DNA of 63,701 nt, filler included, from Cercozoa sp. M6MM (lineage: Eukaryota > Protista > Endomyxa: Ascetosporea): the NCBI GenBank assembly GCA_040357565.1. It is 10 parts of 10 records of this genome, joined end to end, with 100 filler letters (N's around TTAATTAATTAA, not from the genome) between each part and the next. Parts side by side here need not be neighbours in the genome. Positions count along the whole stretch, not along the records: positions 11,613 to 15,272 come from JBDODJ010001366.1; positions 15,373 to 17,592 come from JBDODJ010001815.1; positions 17,693 to 26,181 come from JBDODJ010000533.1; 7 more parts are not named here. One strand, 5' to 3'. The translations under genes and the position numbers were made by a program. Shown in pieces: positions 12,757 to 23,320 of the stretch (its first letter is position 1; each line of letters opens with the position of its first letter). The notes beneath the pieces are model-generated. The model saw only the letters and a program-made list of their open reading frames with translations. It was not told the DNA's origin and made no database searches.

Positions 12757-15051
12757 ATGTTGCTTCGGTCGCTTTTGGTGACTGCCGTTTTTAGCACTCT
12801 GCACGTGCGGGCTTTCAAGTTCGGTGGACACGTCACCATCAACTCTGGCAACTGCGTACACACTGGCAAGTGCGATAAAAACTACGACTGCTGCAGCGGA
12901 CTGTGTGACCAGGTGCACCGGAATTTGTTGAGCTTGAGTTGATCAATTTACTTCTAAATTTCCCAGGTGAACGGCTGCGTGACGGAGGCAGAGGTTCGCA
13001 CGCTGTTTGCCGCCAGCTACGACCCGAACACACTGTATGCTCGCCCTACCTGTCCTGTTTGAGAGTAGAGTTGAGACGAATTCGAATCCTGTGCCACTCA
13101 GTTTCATTCCGCGAACGGACGCATTCGACGGTGCACGATACGACGGCGGCGTGATCTTTGACTATGACCCAAGCACCACGACGGCAGAGGACACGTGTGC
13201 CAGCGGCAGCATCTGCGTGGTCGGGAACGCCGCCACACAGGGCCAGAGCTCGCGCTTCTGGTTCGGCAAGTGCAGTCCGCTGACGCTCGAGTGCGTCACC
13301 TACGCCATGTTTGGGTACTGCTAGGTCTCTTACTATATTAGTGGGTTGCTAAAGTGGTCAGGTGGTGTGCAGACTGGAGAAGCGAAAGAAACTGAGTCGT
13401 GTGCCGTGCCCCGACCCAGACGAGACACTCGGACTGTGCTGTGCCTCGGACAGCGACTGCACCGTTGGAGACACCTGCATCCTCAACGCTGGTGACTGTC
13501 TGGTCGATGTGCAGGAGGCCATCTGTCCTCCTCTCGTCAACCTCGGTAAGTTTTTGTGCCGTTGATTAAGCATCTAAATATGAAGGTATGGATCTGGCTG
13601 CACAGGAACCCAAGTTTCCGTTGCGAATGACAATGTTGAACGAGACCGCGAGTTCTGTGCCCTAGTGCCCGCGTCTGTAGCCAATGGCGACACCTGCATG
13701 TGCACGCAGGAGTGCATGTCGCCGTATCAGTGTGTGCTACCGGCACTGCAGTACACACCTGCACCGAGTGGCTACCCCAAAGACCTCTCGGTGGCTGGTA
13801 CTTGTCTCGCGCCTGCACTGGTCGATCTGGGGGTCGCAGGAACCTGTGCTGCTAGTCCTCCCGTCTGCTTGCCGGGACATGTGTGCCAGACACTTCAGAG
13901 TGGCATGGATGGCTGTGCACTGCCGCCGGGTGCCACTGGGTGCGGCACTACCGGTAACGATGCCAACTGCGTGGGGACTGCTGTGTGCATTAGTGCCACC
14001 TGCGTGATCCCGGCCGGTGGTGCCTGTCAGTGCAGCAATCAGTGCCAAGGAACCAACGTTTGTGGAGACGGACTCTGCCGGCCACTGGACATCACTTTCA
14101 CGACGTGTGGTGCCACCGGTATCGCAGGTCCCGCCAGCTCCGACTGCGCCTCGGAGCATGCCGCCACCGGCTTCGGCTCGCGTCTGCGCGTGAGCGACGG
14201 CGGGTCCACCATGGGCGCGCAGTTCTTCTCGCTGCCGGCTGATGGATGCTACGAGATCACTGCCGTCGGCGCTGCGGTATACCTGGTTAACTGACTTATT
14301 TCTATCACTGTATTTCGGTGTTAATTAGGGTGGTGAGGACACTGATAACCCCGCGGACGTTATGGGTTATGGGGCTCAAGCTCGAGGACGGTATCTCTTG
14401 TCAGAAAACGATGAGGTCATCATCGTTGTTGGACAGCGCGGTGAGGATGCGGTTAATTGCGGTGCTGGAGGTACTTGACCTATGACTGCGTATGTTAATG
14501 TGACCCGGTCTTTTTCGAGCCTTCGTATATGTTCTGATTGTCTGCTAGCAGGAGGTGCAAGCATGGTTTTACTTCCAGGAGCCGGTGGTACCTTAGATGA
14601 CTCCACCGAAAAGGTGAAGCTCGTGGGCGGAGCTGGGTACTAAGTTTAGACTTTGTATTTGTGCATTTTGTTTTGCAAGTCGTGGTATAAATGCAGTGGC
14701 GGGGAAGGAGACCGAAGTAGCGGAAACGGCGGAAATGGCTGCGATGCTTTGTTTGTCGTCTTTGTGAAATTAAGTCGCGTGTTTGTTTCCAACTTACTGT
14801 TTGCTTTAGGACAGGAACCTTGGGAAGCTTGGGCCAAGAAAGCCCGTCGTCTTGTGGTGCGAAACCGGCGGGATCGGAGGGAACCGATGGAACTGCGTCA
14901 GCCACGTCGTCAGCCATGGGAGGTAACGGGTCGTCTTTTCGAGCTTTTTCATATGTCCTTACGTTAATGTTAACCGATGCAGGCAAAGGATACAGCTCGC
15001 TTATTGTGTCGTTTTTCGGCAAAAGCAATGATGCAAACGGCGGTTTTGGTG
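12757..15051 (+). CDS. Secreted Cys-rich protein with ALK/LTK-type glycine-rich domain (paralog A), 3' truncated
   Basis: Signal peptide MLLRSLLVTAVFSTLHVRA; CVHTGKC..CCSGLCD module; several C-x-C/C-x5-C repeats; then TFTTCGATGIAGP..FSLPADGCYEITAVGAAGG..GYGAQARG..IVVGQRG..GAGGGASMV..GGFGG. Confidence 0.8.
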
Positions 15052-15055
15052 GTAA

Positions 15056-15199
<144 letters not shown>

Positions 15200-15238
15200 C
15201 ACTCGTTCGCCTGGCGTGCCGTCGTTGTAGACGAAGCG
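15200..15238 (+). CDS. Isolated exon HSFAWRAVVVDEA (SNF2-family Walker B-like), probably chimeric join
   Basis: 39-nt AG/GT-bounded exon between (GT)n and (CA)n tracts. It does not fit the phase or content of the upstream gene. Confidence 0.45.
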
Positions 15239-15404
15239 GTATCCCTTCCACACACACACACACACACACACANNNNNNNNNNNNNNNNNNNNNNNNNNNN
15301 NNNNNNNNNNNNNNNNTTAATTAATTAANNNNNNNNNNNNNNNNNNNNNNNNNNNNNNNNNNNNNNNNNNNNGGGGGGGGGGGAAGGGGGTATAAGAAAA
15401 TTAC

Positions 15405-16339
15405 CAGTCGCGCCAAGCAGCGGCAGCGTTCCACGTCGATTCTTGCGCTTGCGAGCACTACGAAGACAGGTATTACTCTTTTACCCCCTCTTTCCCCTTT
15501 ACCTTTACTCTTTATTCCCCTTTGCCCCCCTGTATACCCCTATCCCTATTATCCCCTGTTATCCCCTTTACCTGACGCGGATGTCGCACGTAGCAAAAGC
15601 GTTCCATCGGCGTGCGCGGATCGTGTGCGGCACAGCCGGGTCGCGTGCTCACGTCGGCCTCCCTGTGATGTGCATGAGTTAATTTAACCTCCCTCTTGCC
15701 CACCTTCGAGGCTTTGACCCCTTGGTCTCCTCCATTAACCCTTCCTCATAGGAGAACATGAGTACCCAGAGCGAAGCGCAGAGCACGCGCAGGCGGCCTG
15801 CTCGATAGCGTTGAACATCCCTGTGTGTGGGGACATGCATGCGCTACCATGTGTACAAACTGTATATTGGGTAAGGGCTACCCGTGGTAGGCACTGAGTC
15901 TGGCCGCGTTTCGTCGCAGTAGCGCCAGGCGGCGCCATTGTAGGTGGCTACAAATGTCCACTGGTCAGTTCCAAGGCTAACCGAGAGTCAGTTTTGTTTA
16001 GTCGGAGCTTAAGGGGGCTTTAATCGGAAACTGACCGCTCCACGAGGCGTATGCGCACTGCGAGGGCTCCTGCACGTAGCACGTGGCCAGCGTCTCACCC
16101 TCACTGCGCCAACAGCCGCTTCTACCAGTCGAGACTCCGCCCGAGCGACCATCAGTCGAACAGAAACACGCTGGCGATAGCGAGGTCTGGGAACGCGCTG
16201 TCTGCTCAGTTTGTTGTGAGTCAGTCATGATCAGGTGTGTGTCCTCGTATTCTCAGTTTGTTTTTCGGGGAGGAAAAGAAACTGTGATCGAATTCTGTAC
16301 CTGCAGACCCAGAAATATTAGCACCGAACGCGCCAGCAT
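15405..16339 (-). CDS. Secreted protein with tandem six-cysteine 'CYV..P.QC..AAWRxC' modules, 3' truncated
   Basis: Six exons splice to MLARSVLIFLGLQTARSQ..CFCSTDGRSGGVSTGRSGC..CYVQEPSQCAYASWSATYNGAAWRYC..CACSALRSGEADVSTRPGC..CYVRHPRQCSQAQESTWNAAAAWRD. Confidence 0.8.
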
Positions 16340-16867
16340 CGGAAGCGCTAACAGCGACGTCTACGAGACTCGATACTCCTTGCAGTTCGAGTGCGGGATT
16401 TCCCAAGAAACGCTCGCGAAGTTTGCGAGAAGAAACTGAAAACGCCTCGAAATGTTCCGATCCGAAGCACCGATCTGAAAGTCCGTGTTGACGAGGGAAT
16501 CAACTGGAAGCTTCGCTGCTTCGGCAATTACTTCAGTTCCGGACATGCTGTCGCGAAGGCAGTTTTTAAAACCAACAGTTCTTCAACTGGCCTGCACTAG
16601 CTCCTGTAGAACGCTTTTAATTAGTTACGAAGGGCCGTACAATGGAGGACAATACTGGGCATAACCAGTACAGAAAGTAAACGCACCGGCGCGTTGATTT
16701 CCCGCCAAAAGCGCCAAATTTACCCAGAGAACGCCGTTCTGCCATGCCAAGAATAAAAATCACAACAGTCGGCTAAGAAACTAGTTGACACGTGTGGAAC
16801 AGTGCAAGCGATATTTTGGGCTAAAATAACCGGCGTAGAGGCCAAGTAGTGCAGGCCACAGCAAGTG

Positions 16868-17525
16868 ATGGCGAAAAAAGCAGCAGCAAAAAAGAGCACT
16901 TCGCTGTCGCGCTCGGCAGCGACGCTTCAGAAGCAGTTGGCCGTAGGCTTCGCGTGCTTGTTTGACCCTGTATCTTAGTACTTGATATCTTTCAACCCCC
17001 ACACGTGGGCAGGCTCACTACAAGGAGTTGCGCGAGGTGCAAGAGGAGTGTGATGGCGATACTGTGCGTCAACTGGCGCCCTACTATCTCGAGCTGTAGT
17101 TTTACCCCCCACCTCACCCTTTGCGCCCAGCCTCTTTACCCCCCCCCCGTGCACAGAGTGGAACATCGAATTCTGCACCACGGCAGCGAGCGCGTGCGTT
17201 GTCTGGCCGCGGCGTGTCTGGCACAGGTAGGGTGATGTGTGGGGGTACAGAGGGGGTAAAGAAGTGCTAAAACTGCGCAGATCCTGCGACTGAGTGCGCC
17301 GCCAGAAGACGAGGAACAACAGGAAGACGACAGTCTGTGCTACAACACGTCGCAGCTGCAGCTGTGTTTCTCGGCCTTCCTTGCTGTACTACTGTCTCTC
17401 TGGGGGGGGGGGTAGAGGGGGGTGAGAGGGGGGATGTATTGCACACAGGGAATGTTGTCTCGGGGGGTTGCGATCGGTCAGAACGACGGCGAACACATCG
17501 CCCATCCTTCGCCTCTCAGCGAGCG
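16868..17525 (+). CDS. PDS5: Sister chromatid cohesion protein PDS5, N-terminus, truncated
   Basis: Spliced ..LAPYYLELVEHRILHHGSERVRCLAAACLAQILRLSAP..CYNTSQLQLCF matches the PDS5 N-terminal 'LL.H....VR.L.ACCL..ILRL.AP..Y' pattern. Confidence 0.8.
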
Positions 17526-17692
17526 TATGTTGCTGCTTGTTTTTTCCCCCCCCCCCCACCCCGCCTCCTGTTTACTCTCCCCCTGTTTACCCNNNNNNNN
17601 NNNNNNNNNNNNNNNNNNNNNNNNNNNNNNNNNNNNTTAATTAATTAANNNNNNNNNNNNNNNNNNNNNNNNNNNNNNNNNNNNNNNNNNNN

Positions 17693-19365
17693 CGCCAGTG
17701 TGCAACAGAAGGATCTTCAATTGCATTGCTGCACTGGCGGAAATCGTCTTCGTTACGTGCCGAGTGTCCGATGCTCTAAGGAGACATCAAGCAAAAAATG
17801 AAGCTGCTCTTGGTGACAATACCAAACTTGGGTCACCTCGTACTGCGCGACACTCTCCCAGGCCACAAAATCCGTTGTTGCTCTTTTCGCTATCGCAGGC
17901 AGCACACTCTGCAAAAATAATATATAGACACGTTCAAGACAAAAGTACAACAGAAACAAATACAAAAATACCTGAGTGACAACGCGGCCGTTTTGAGTCG
18001 CGAACAAGCGCTCGTCGGTGTCAAGAACAGAGAAAAAGGCGACGTTCTGCGCCACGAGACGCAACGCGTGCTGCTCGGCCGACCACTGTGCGTGTTGCCA
18101 CATGTCGTGGAACGTGCGTGCGTCCTTGCTGGTTTCGTCTCGATTGAACCAGTGCACCAAGCGTACTTCGGTGGCAGCAAGAGACAAACGAGAGACAATC
18201 GAGTCAATCACATCAACAACGCTCTTATCGGCCGCATAAACAAGCCATATTGATGGCTGCAGTCGATTCACGACTGCACACAAGGAACCCGTCTTCTGGT
18301 TGAGAGAGAAAAAAGGAGCCAGAAAGAACCATGTTGCACGAAGGACTCAATCTTGCTGACTGCAGACAGTTCTTGCCCCCAGATCGGACCAGTCATGAGT
18401 GCCACAGAGCTGTCTTTTTCGACCACGTTTGAGCTGCCATAGATGTGCTGGCGTAGCGAACTCCCCAATCGAAAGCGAAACGAGAGACGAGATTGAGTGC
18501 CTGGCGGTTGCCACGCCTCGGGAGGACTGGAGTCATCGCGTTCGCTGTGATCGTGCCGTCTTACGATGCCCACAACACAGTGAACTTGAGCTTGCGTCTC
18601 CCACAGGTGTTTGTCGACCCTTAAATCCAGCACCCTGCCCACAGAATGCAAAGTTGCCTTCAAACGACACACCTTTTTACCACTGGCTTCGAGAAATGCT
18701 GTTCTCTCGATTATTGAACTGGTGACGAGCCCAACCGGCCATTTCGCTAATGTAAGTTGCCGTCAGGTTCACCTGCTTGTATGAATGGAAACAATTTCCG
18801 TGTCAGAACCTATCTTTTGATAGAACAATAGATACCTGACCCTGTGTGGACCAACAGTGGTTATGTCGTCGCCAAAGTCGCCAAAGATAGGTTTCATTTT
18901 GCGCGAATGGTGGTGGCACCTGCAACGCAACAATACGCAATCGTAACAAACAAACGAAACTTAAATACTCGAGAACGGGCGAACCATATCATGACTTTGC
19001 CAGAGGCCAAGAAAAGCAGAGGCAAACACTTCAGAGTCAAGTCGTGTCCGCGCGGACAGATCGCGATTATCCTCCTCTAATGCTACCAGTGTCAAGAAAG
19101 GTGACTCAAACGTTCGCTCAAACACATCGTGCAGCGACCCAAAGAGCACTTTGTCTTTCGGTTCGAACTGCAATAATGACAGCTCGGGCTCTGCTCCTTC
19201 GTCAACTGGCTCGATTTGCAGCAGCGACACACCTCCAGAATCGGTTCGATTCACTGCATCCAAGTGGACGGGGCGTTGAGACCAAAGCCAGACGACGATA
19301 CTCACTGCCAGCAATGACGGAAAGACGCAGGCCAGAATTGAAGAAATTCTTGAGGGAAGCTGCAT
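17693..19365 (-). CDS. Type II membrane glycosyltransferase, GT-A fold, GT92-like; 3' truncated
   Basis: N-terminal TM (ILACVFPSLLAVSIVVWLW) and a later AQWSAEQHALR..FFSVLDTDERL segment (Q...D.DE motif). Confidence 0.6.
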
Positions 19366-19551
19366 CTTCTTCTTGACAAAGCCAAACGGCCGCCAGCACG
19401 ATTCCAACACACACCTGCACACGATAGTTTGTGCTGATGTTCAATCTGCGTATGTTTGGCTCAAACCCAGCTATTACCGCGCTTTTGCGCGAGCGATCAA
19501 TGATCGATCACCCTTGTTTTGAGACGAGAGATAGATCACCCGAAATTTGAA

Positions 19552-21438
19552 TTATTCAATCGACACAGACGCGGAGGATTCGGTCTGCGCGGAAGCAGGG
19601 TCAGCCTGCGAGGTCGAAGAGTCTGCCTGCGCGTTGATGCCCCAGCGGTGAACCTGGAGGCGCGCGATCCAGGTGTAGAAGTTCTCGCGCACGTTGCTGC
19701 CCTCGAGTGCTTGCTGCACGACGTCGGGCATGATAACCTCGTTGATGTAGGCCTTGACCTCGCTGTCGTAGCGCCGCATGTCCTGCGCAGACACACATCA
19801 TGTGAGTGCACATTACGCATAGTTTAACCTCGCAAGAATAAACCAAGGCAGTGCGGTCGTCAATCTCGGCAATCTTTCGGTTGTAGTCGTCAAAGAAGCA
19901 GCGCTCCTTGAAGAGTCCGCAAGCCGGCGCACGCGGAATGTCGAACCGGTCGACGCGCTCGTCTTTCTTGGTGGCAAACAGGAGGCGCCACACCTCGTCC
20001 TCGTCCTTCTCCGTGTCCCTGTCAGTGTCCGTGTCTGCATCAATCTTGAGCTGACTGTGCTCTCCGCGCGGATCCAGCAATGCGCGCGCTCCGAAACGCA
20101 TCAGAACCACGAGGAAGCCGACCATGCGACGCACTTGGTACTGCATGAAGGACTGTCCGTGGAACTTGAGCTGCACGAACTCGACGCCGGTGCGCTCGTC
20201 GACGAAAGTGCCGGCCACCGTGGCCGACTTGATGTGTCGTCGCGCACGTGCTTCGCCGGCCTTGCAGCCCACCTAGTCAACACAGGCAAGATACCCAATA
20301 TAGCCGTATCCTCAAAAGCACTACCGTGAGGTGGTGGAAACTGTGCGTGTTCTCAAAGTGCCGCATGTGACGCTCCAGTCGCTCCAGCAGCGCCGCATCC
20401 GCGCGGAAGGCGCGGAACTGCTCGAGCTCTTGCGACGAGCACTGCGGCGCCGACTCGAACTGCGATGACACCGAGAGCGACGTGATCGGCACGCCCAACG
20501 CAAAGCTCGGCAGCGTGTACATGTAGCAGCGCGATGTGCACTTGAAGCGAGCGTTGAAGCTCTTCTGTAGTCGCACAATGTCGATGACGCGGACACTCTT
20601 GTCGGCTGGCAGGTGCGAGTTGATGCGATCGCGCAGCTCTGCCAACGTCGGTTCGCCCTCGGTGTCTCCATTCGGCGGCAGCGCCAGTTTCGCCGCCAGC
20701 TAAAACAACGTTGAGCTGAGTTGAGTTGAGTTGAGTTGAGTTGAGTTGAGTTGAGCTGAGTTGAGTTGAGTTGAGTTGGGTTGAGTTGAGTTGAGTTGAG
20801 ATACCACAGAGCCGGCGGCATGGACGCCCTTGTCGGTGCGACCGCTGCGCGACCAGTCAACACGCGCCGGACGGAACACGTTGAGCGGATGCAGCATGCC
20901 GCTCTCGTACAGAGCGTGGTGCAGCTCGCTTTCCACCGTCCGCGTGTCTTCCGAGTACTTGCCGTTTTCGAGCTGCAGCTGCAGTCCCTTCAAATTCGTG
21001 CCTCTGCAGTTTCACAACTCAACTCAGAGCAACTCAACTCAAAGCAACGTAACTCAAAGAAAAGCAACTCAACTCAAAGTAAAGCAACTCAACTCAACAG
21101 AACCCACTCAAACAAGAAGCGCACCTGTACACGAGAACGAGAGCGACCTTGCGCTTGCGCCAGTGCGCAGGTGCAGTGCCATTCGCCTGCAGTGTTTCGA
21201 AAGGCGTCCACGAAGCAGGAACGAGCGACTCGGCCACCGCACTGCCATCGCCTGCCACGCCGCGATTGTTCCTGGTGCCCTGCATACACTCAATACAAAA
21301 GCGTTCCAGGCAGGTGGTGTACGGTACCTTGTACGTGCGACGAGAACTGAACGCCTTCGCCTTCTTCTGCGGCGGTTCGTTCGACTGATCGTCGCGGCGC
21401 GTTTGCGCCTGGTCCTTCTGCCCGATTTCGCTGCTCAT
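19552..21438 (-). CDS. PUS1: tRNA pseudouridine synthase 1 (TruA family)
   Basis: RKVALVLVYRG..GLQ, SRSGRTDKGVHAAG (catalytic Asp), FNARFKCTSRCYMYTLP, GQSFMQYQVRRMVG, IPRAPACGL. Confidence 0.93.
20711..20800. repeat. (TTGAG)n pentanucleotide satellite in PUS1 intron; degenerate inverted (CTCAA)n copy at ~21015-21112 in the neighbouring intron
   Basis: Direct reading of the tandem arrays. Confidence 0.92.
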
Positions 21439-21722
21439 TGCGACACTGTCCGCCGTGTCAAGATCCGTGTCGTCCAACAGGTGATACAGATAATGAAAAC
21501 GCCACTGCCGCACCGACAACTGAAGTATTCGAGTACGCGTAAAGGAGTGTAATGACCGTCGCCACATACAGGCTTCAGTCAGACGCTAGTTTCGTTGTGC
21601 GACTGATCGCGGAGCGCCGGGTGGATTTTTAAGCGCTCACTTTGACGTCTTGTTTTGGGATGCTGTCCACTAGACTGGGCTGAGGATTACTCAGGCAGTA
21701 AATAGCAGTTCAATAAATTACA

Positions 21723-23033
21723 TTAATCTCGGGCACCCTGCCAGGGTCGTAACCTCCTGCCGGCGCCTCGCAGCGTCCTCTGCCGCTCATCGAGTCGCAA
21801 AACGGACCAAACCGACCTTCGTACAGACTCCAGTAGCGGAAGAACCGGCGCTACTGCAGAACCAGGCACACAGATTCCATGCGAAATAGGCAGCACGAAA
21901 AGAGGAAGTACATAACGGCAAAAGCCAGGCGAAACGAGCGAGCAGATTGAAGCATGCGACGACAAAGTAAACCCGCCAGGGCAGCGAGTAATTCAGAAGT
22001 GTCGCGCGTTCTTGAATAGCGTCAACGCTGCCTTCTTCGTCAGTGTTATGTTGAGTGTCGCTTTCAGTTTCGCTTTCAGTTTCGTCGGGATAATCGTCCT
22101 CCGTGCCTAGCTTGGCGTTGAACACGTCAGGTGTGCCCAAAGTGAGTCGCACCAGCGGCATCAGTCGCCAGTCGACGAGCAGGTCCCACGAGAAAGCAAA
22201 CGACGTCGCCACAACTCGCAACAGAAGCTTATTGCCACTCCACAAAGCAGCCAGGGCGCACAGGTACTTCAGCGCATTGAGCAACGAAGGAAACGCTTTG
22301 CCTTCGTCCCACGCTTGTCGCACACTGCACACAAGCAATATTACCCTCACAGCTTGAAGTTAACAAAGTTGGGAGTTGAACGACCACTGAGCGAAACGAA
22401 CGGCAAAAGGAAGTGCCGCAAGTTCGGGAAACGGCGACGCAGTGACATGGAAGAACACTTCACTGGCCAGGAAACTCAGCGAACACCAGTGATCCGCCGC
22501 AAACGCTTCGGCGAACTGCACGCGACGGAACGGAATCGCAGGCGCCAAAACTGTGATGTTCACCACAGCTCGTTTCCAAACTGAAGGCATCCATCGCACT
22601 ACCTGCACGAGAAAAAGCAGCTACCCAAAGTAGAAAGCAAAGCAGCAAACGAGAAACAGGAAGAACGTACCGCAGCAACAGAGAAATACAAGACCACACG
22701 CGAAACGAGAAGCTGTTTCTGTTCTGAGACTGAGTAAAACGAAAAGACAGGCGAGCACATCGAAATCGCCCAAACGAGAAGCAGTAAGAAACGCGCAGCT
22801 CGCAATCCGGACCACAGCGCGGCTAGCGGCTTGCTTCGATCGAGCTTTGTCTCATCGCTTTGCTGCACGAGGGCGTCTGTCTCGCCATCCTCAAGCGGCT
22901 CCTCTTTATTTTCCACGTCCACACTAATGCCCTGTTGCTTGCACACAGCCGCCAATGCGAGACACGCAGTGGCATGGCTGCTCAGGAGAAACGCGAGTCG
23001 CAAGAAACGCGCTGCCTCGTCGGCCGGTGACAT
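21723..23033 (-). CDS. EXS-domain membrane protein (ERD1/XPR1/SYG1 family, no SPX domain)
   Basis: VQFAEAFAADHWCSL, LPFAVRFAQ-CVRQ, LLNALKY, FSWDLLVDW, NLLARFAW and LLESVRRSVWSVLRLD are EXS signature motifs. Confidence 0.85.
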
Positions 23034-23320
23034 CAGTCTTTGGCAACACGCCTGCGCCCAATAGAGCGCAGCGCACGCCTAAAACCAATGACAGACTGTC
23101 AGCACGCTGACTCGCACACCAGTGTCGACAGTGAAACCGACAAGTTGTTTTCTCGTTTATTATTCTGGCATTTTCGGGTCGTTTAGGGTTTTGGTTTTTG
23201 GTTTTTCGTTGGTCCACCCGGGCGGGCTCACAAAAATACGCTTACATCCTGGATCTGACACTTTTAGGCTTTGAGGGTTTTAAAAGTGTTAGTGCATTTA
23301 TCCGGCGTTAGAGCGTCGAG

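Noticed and set aside
16781-17319. Minus-strand ORFs as a membrane-protein gene
   Set aside because: The plus strand splices cleanly into PDS5; these ORFs are antisense shadows.
19240-19256. GGTTCGATTC tRNA T-loop/B-box-like motif
   Set aside because: Lies inside a coding exon and no cloverleaf can be formed around it.
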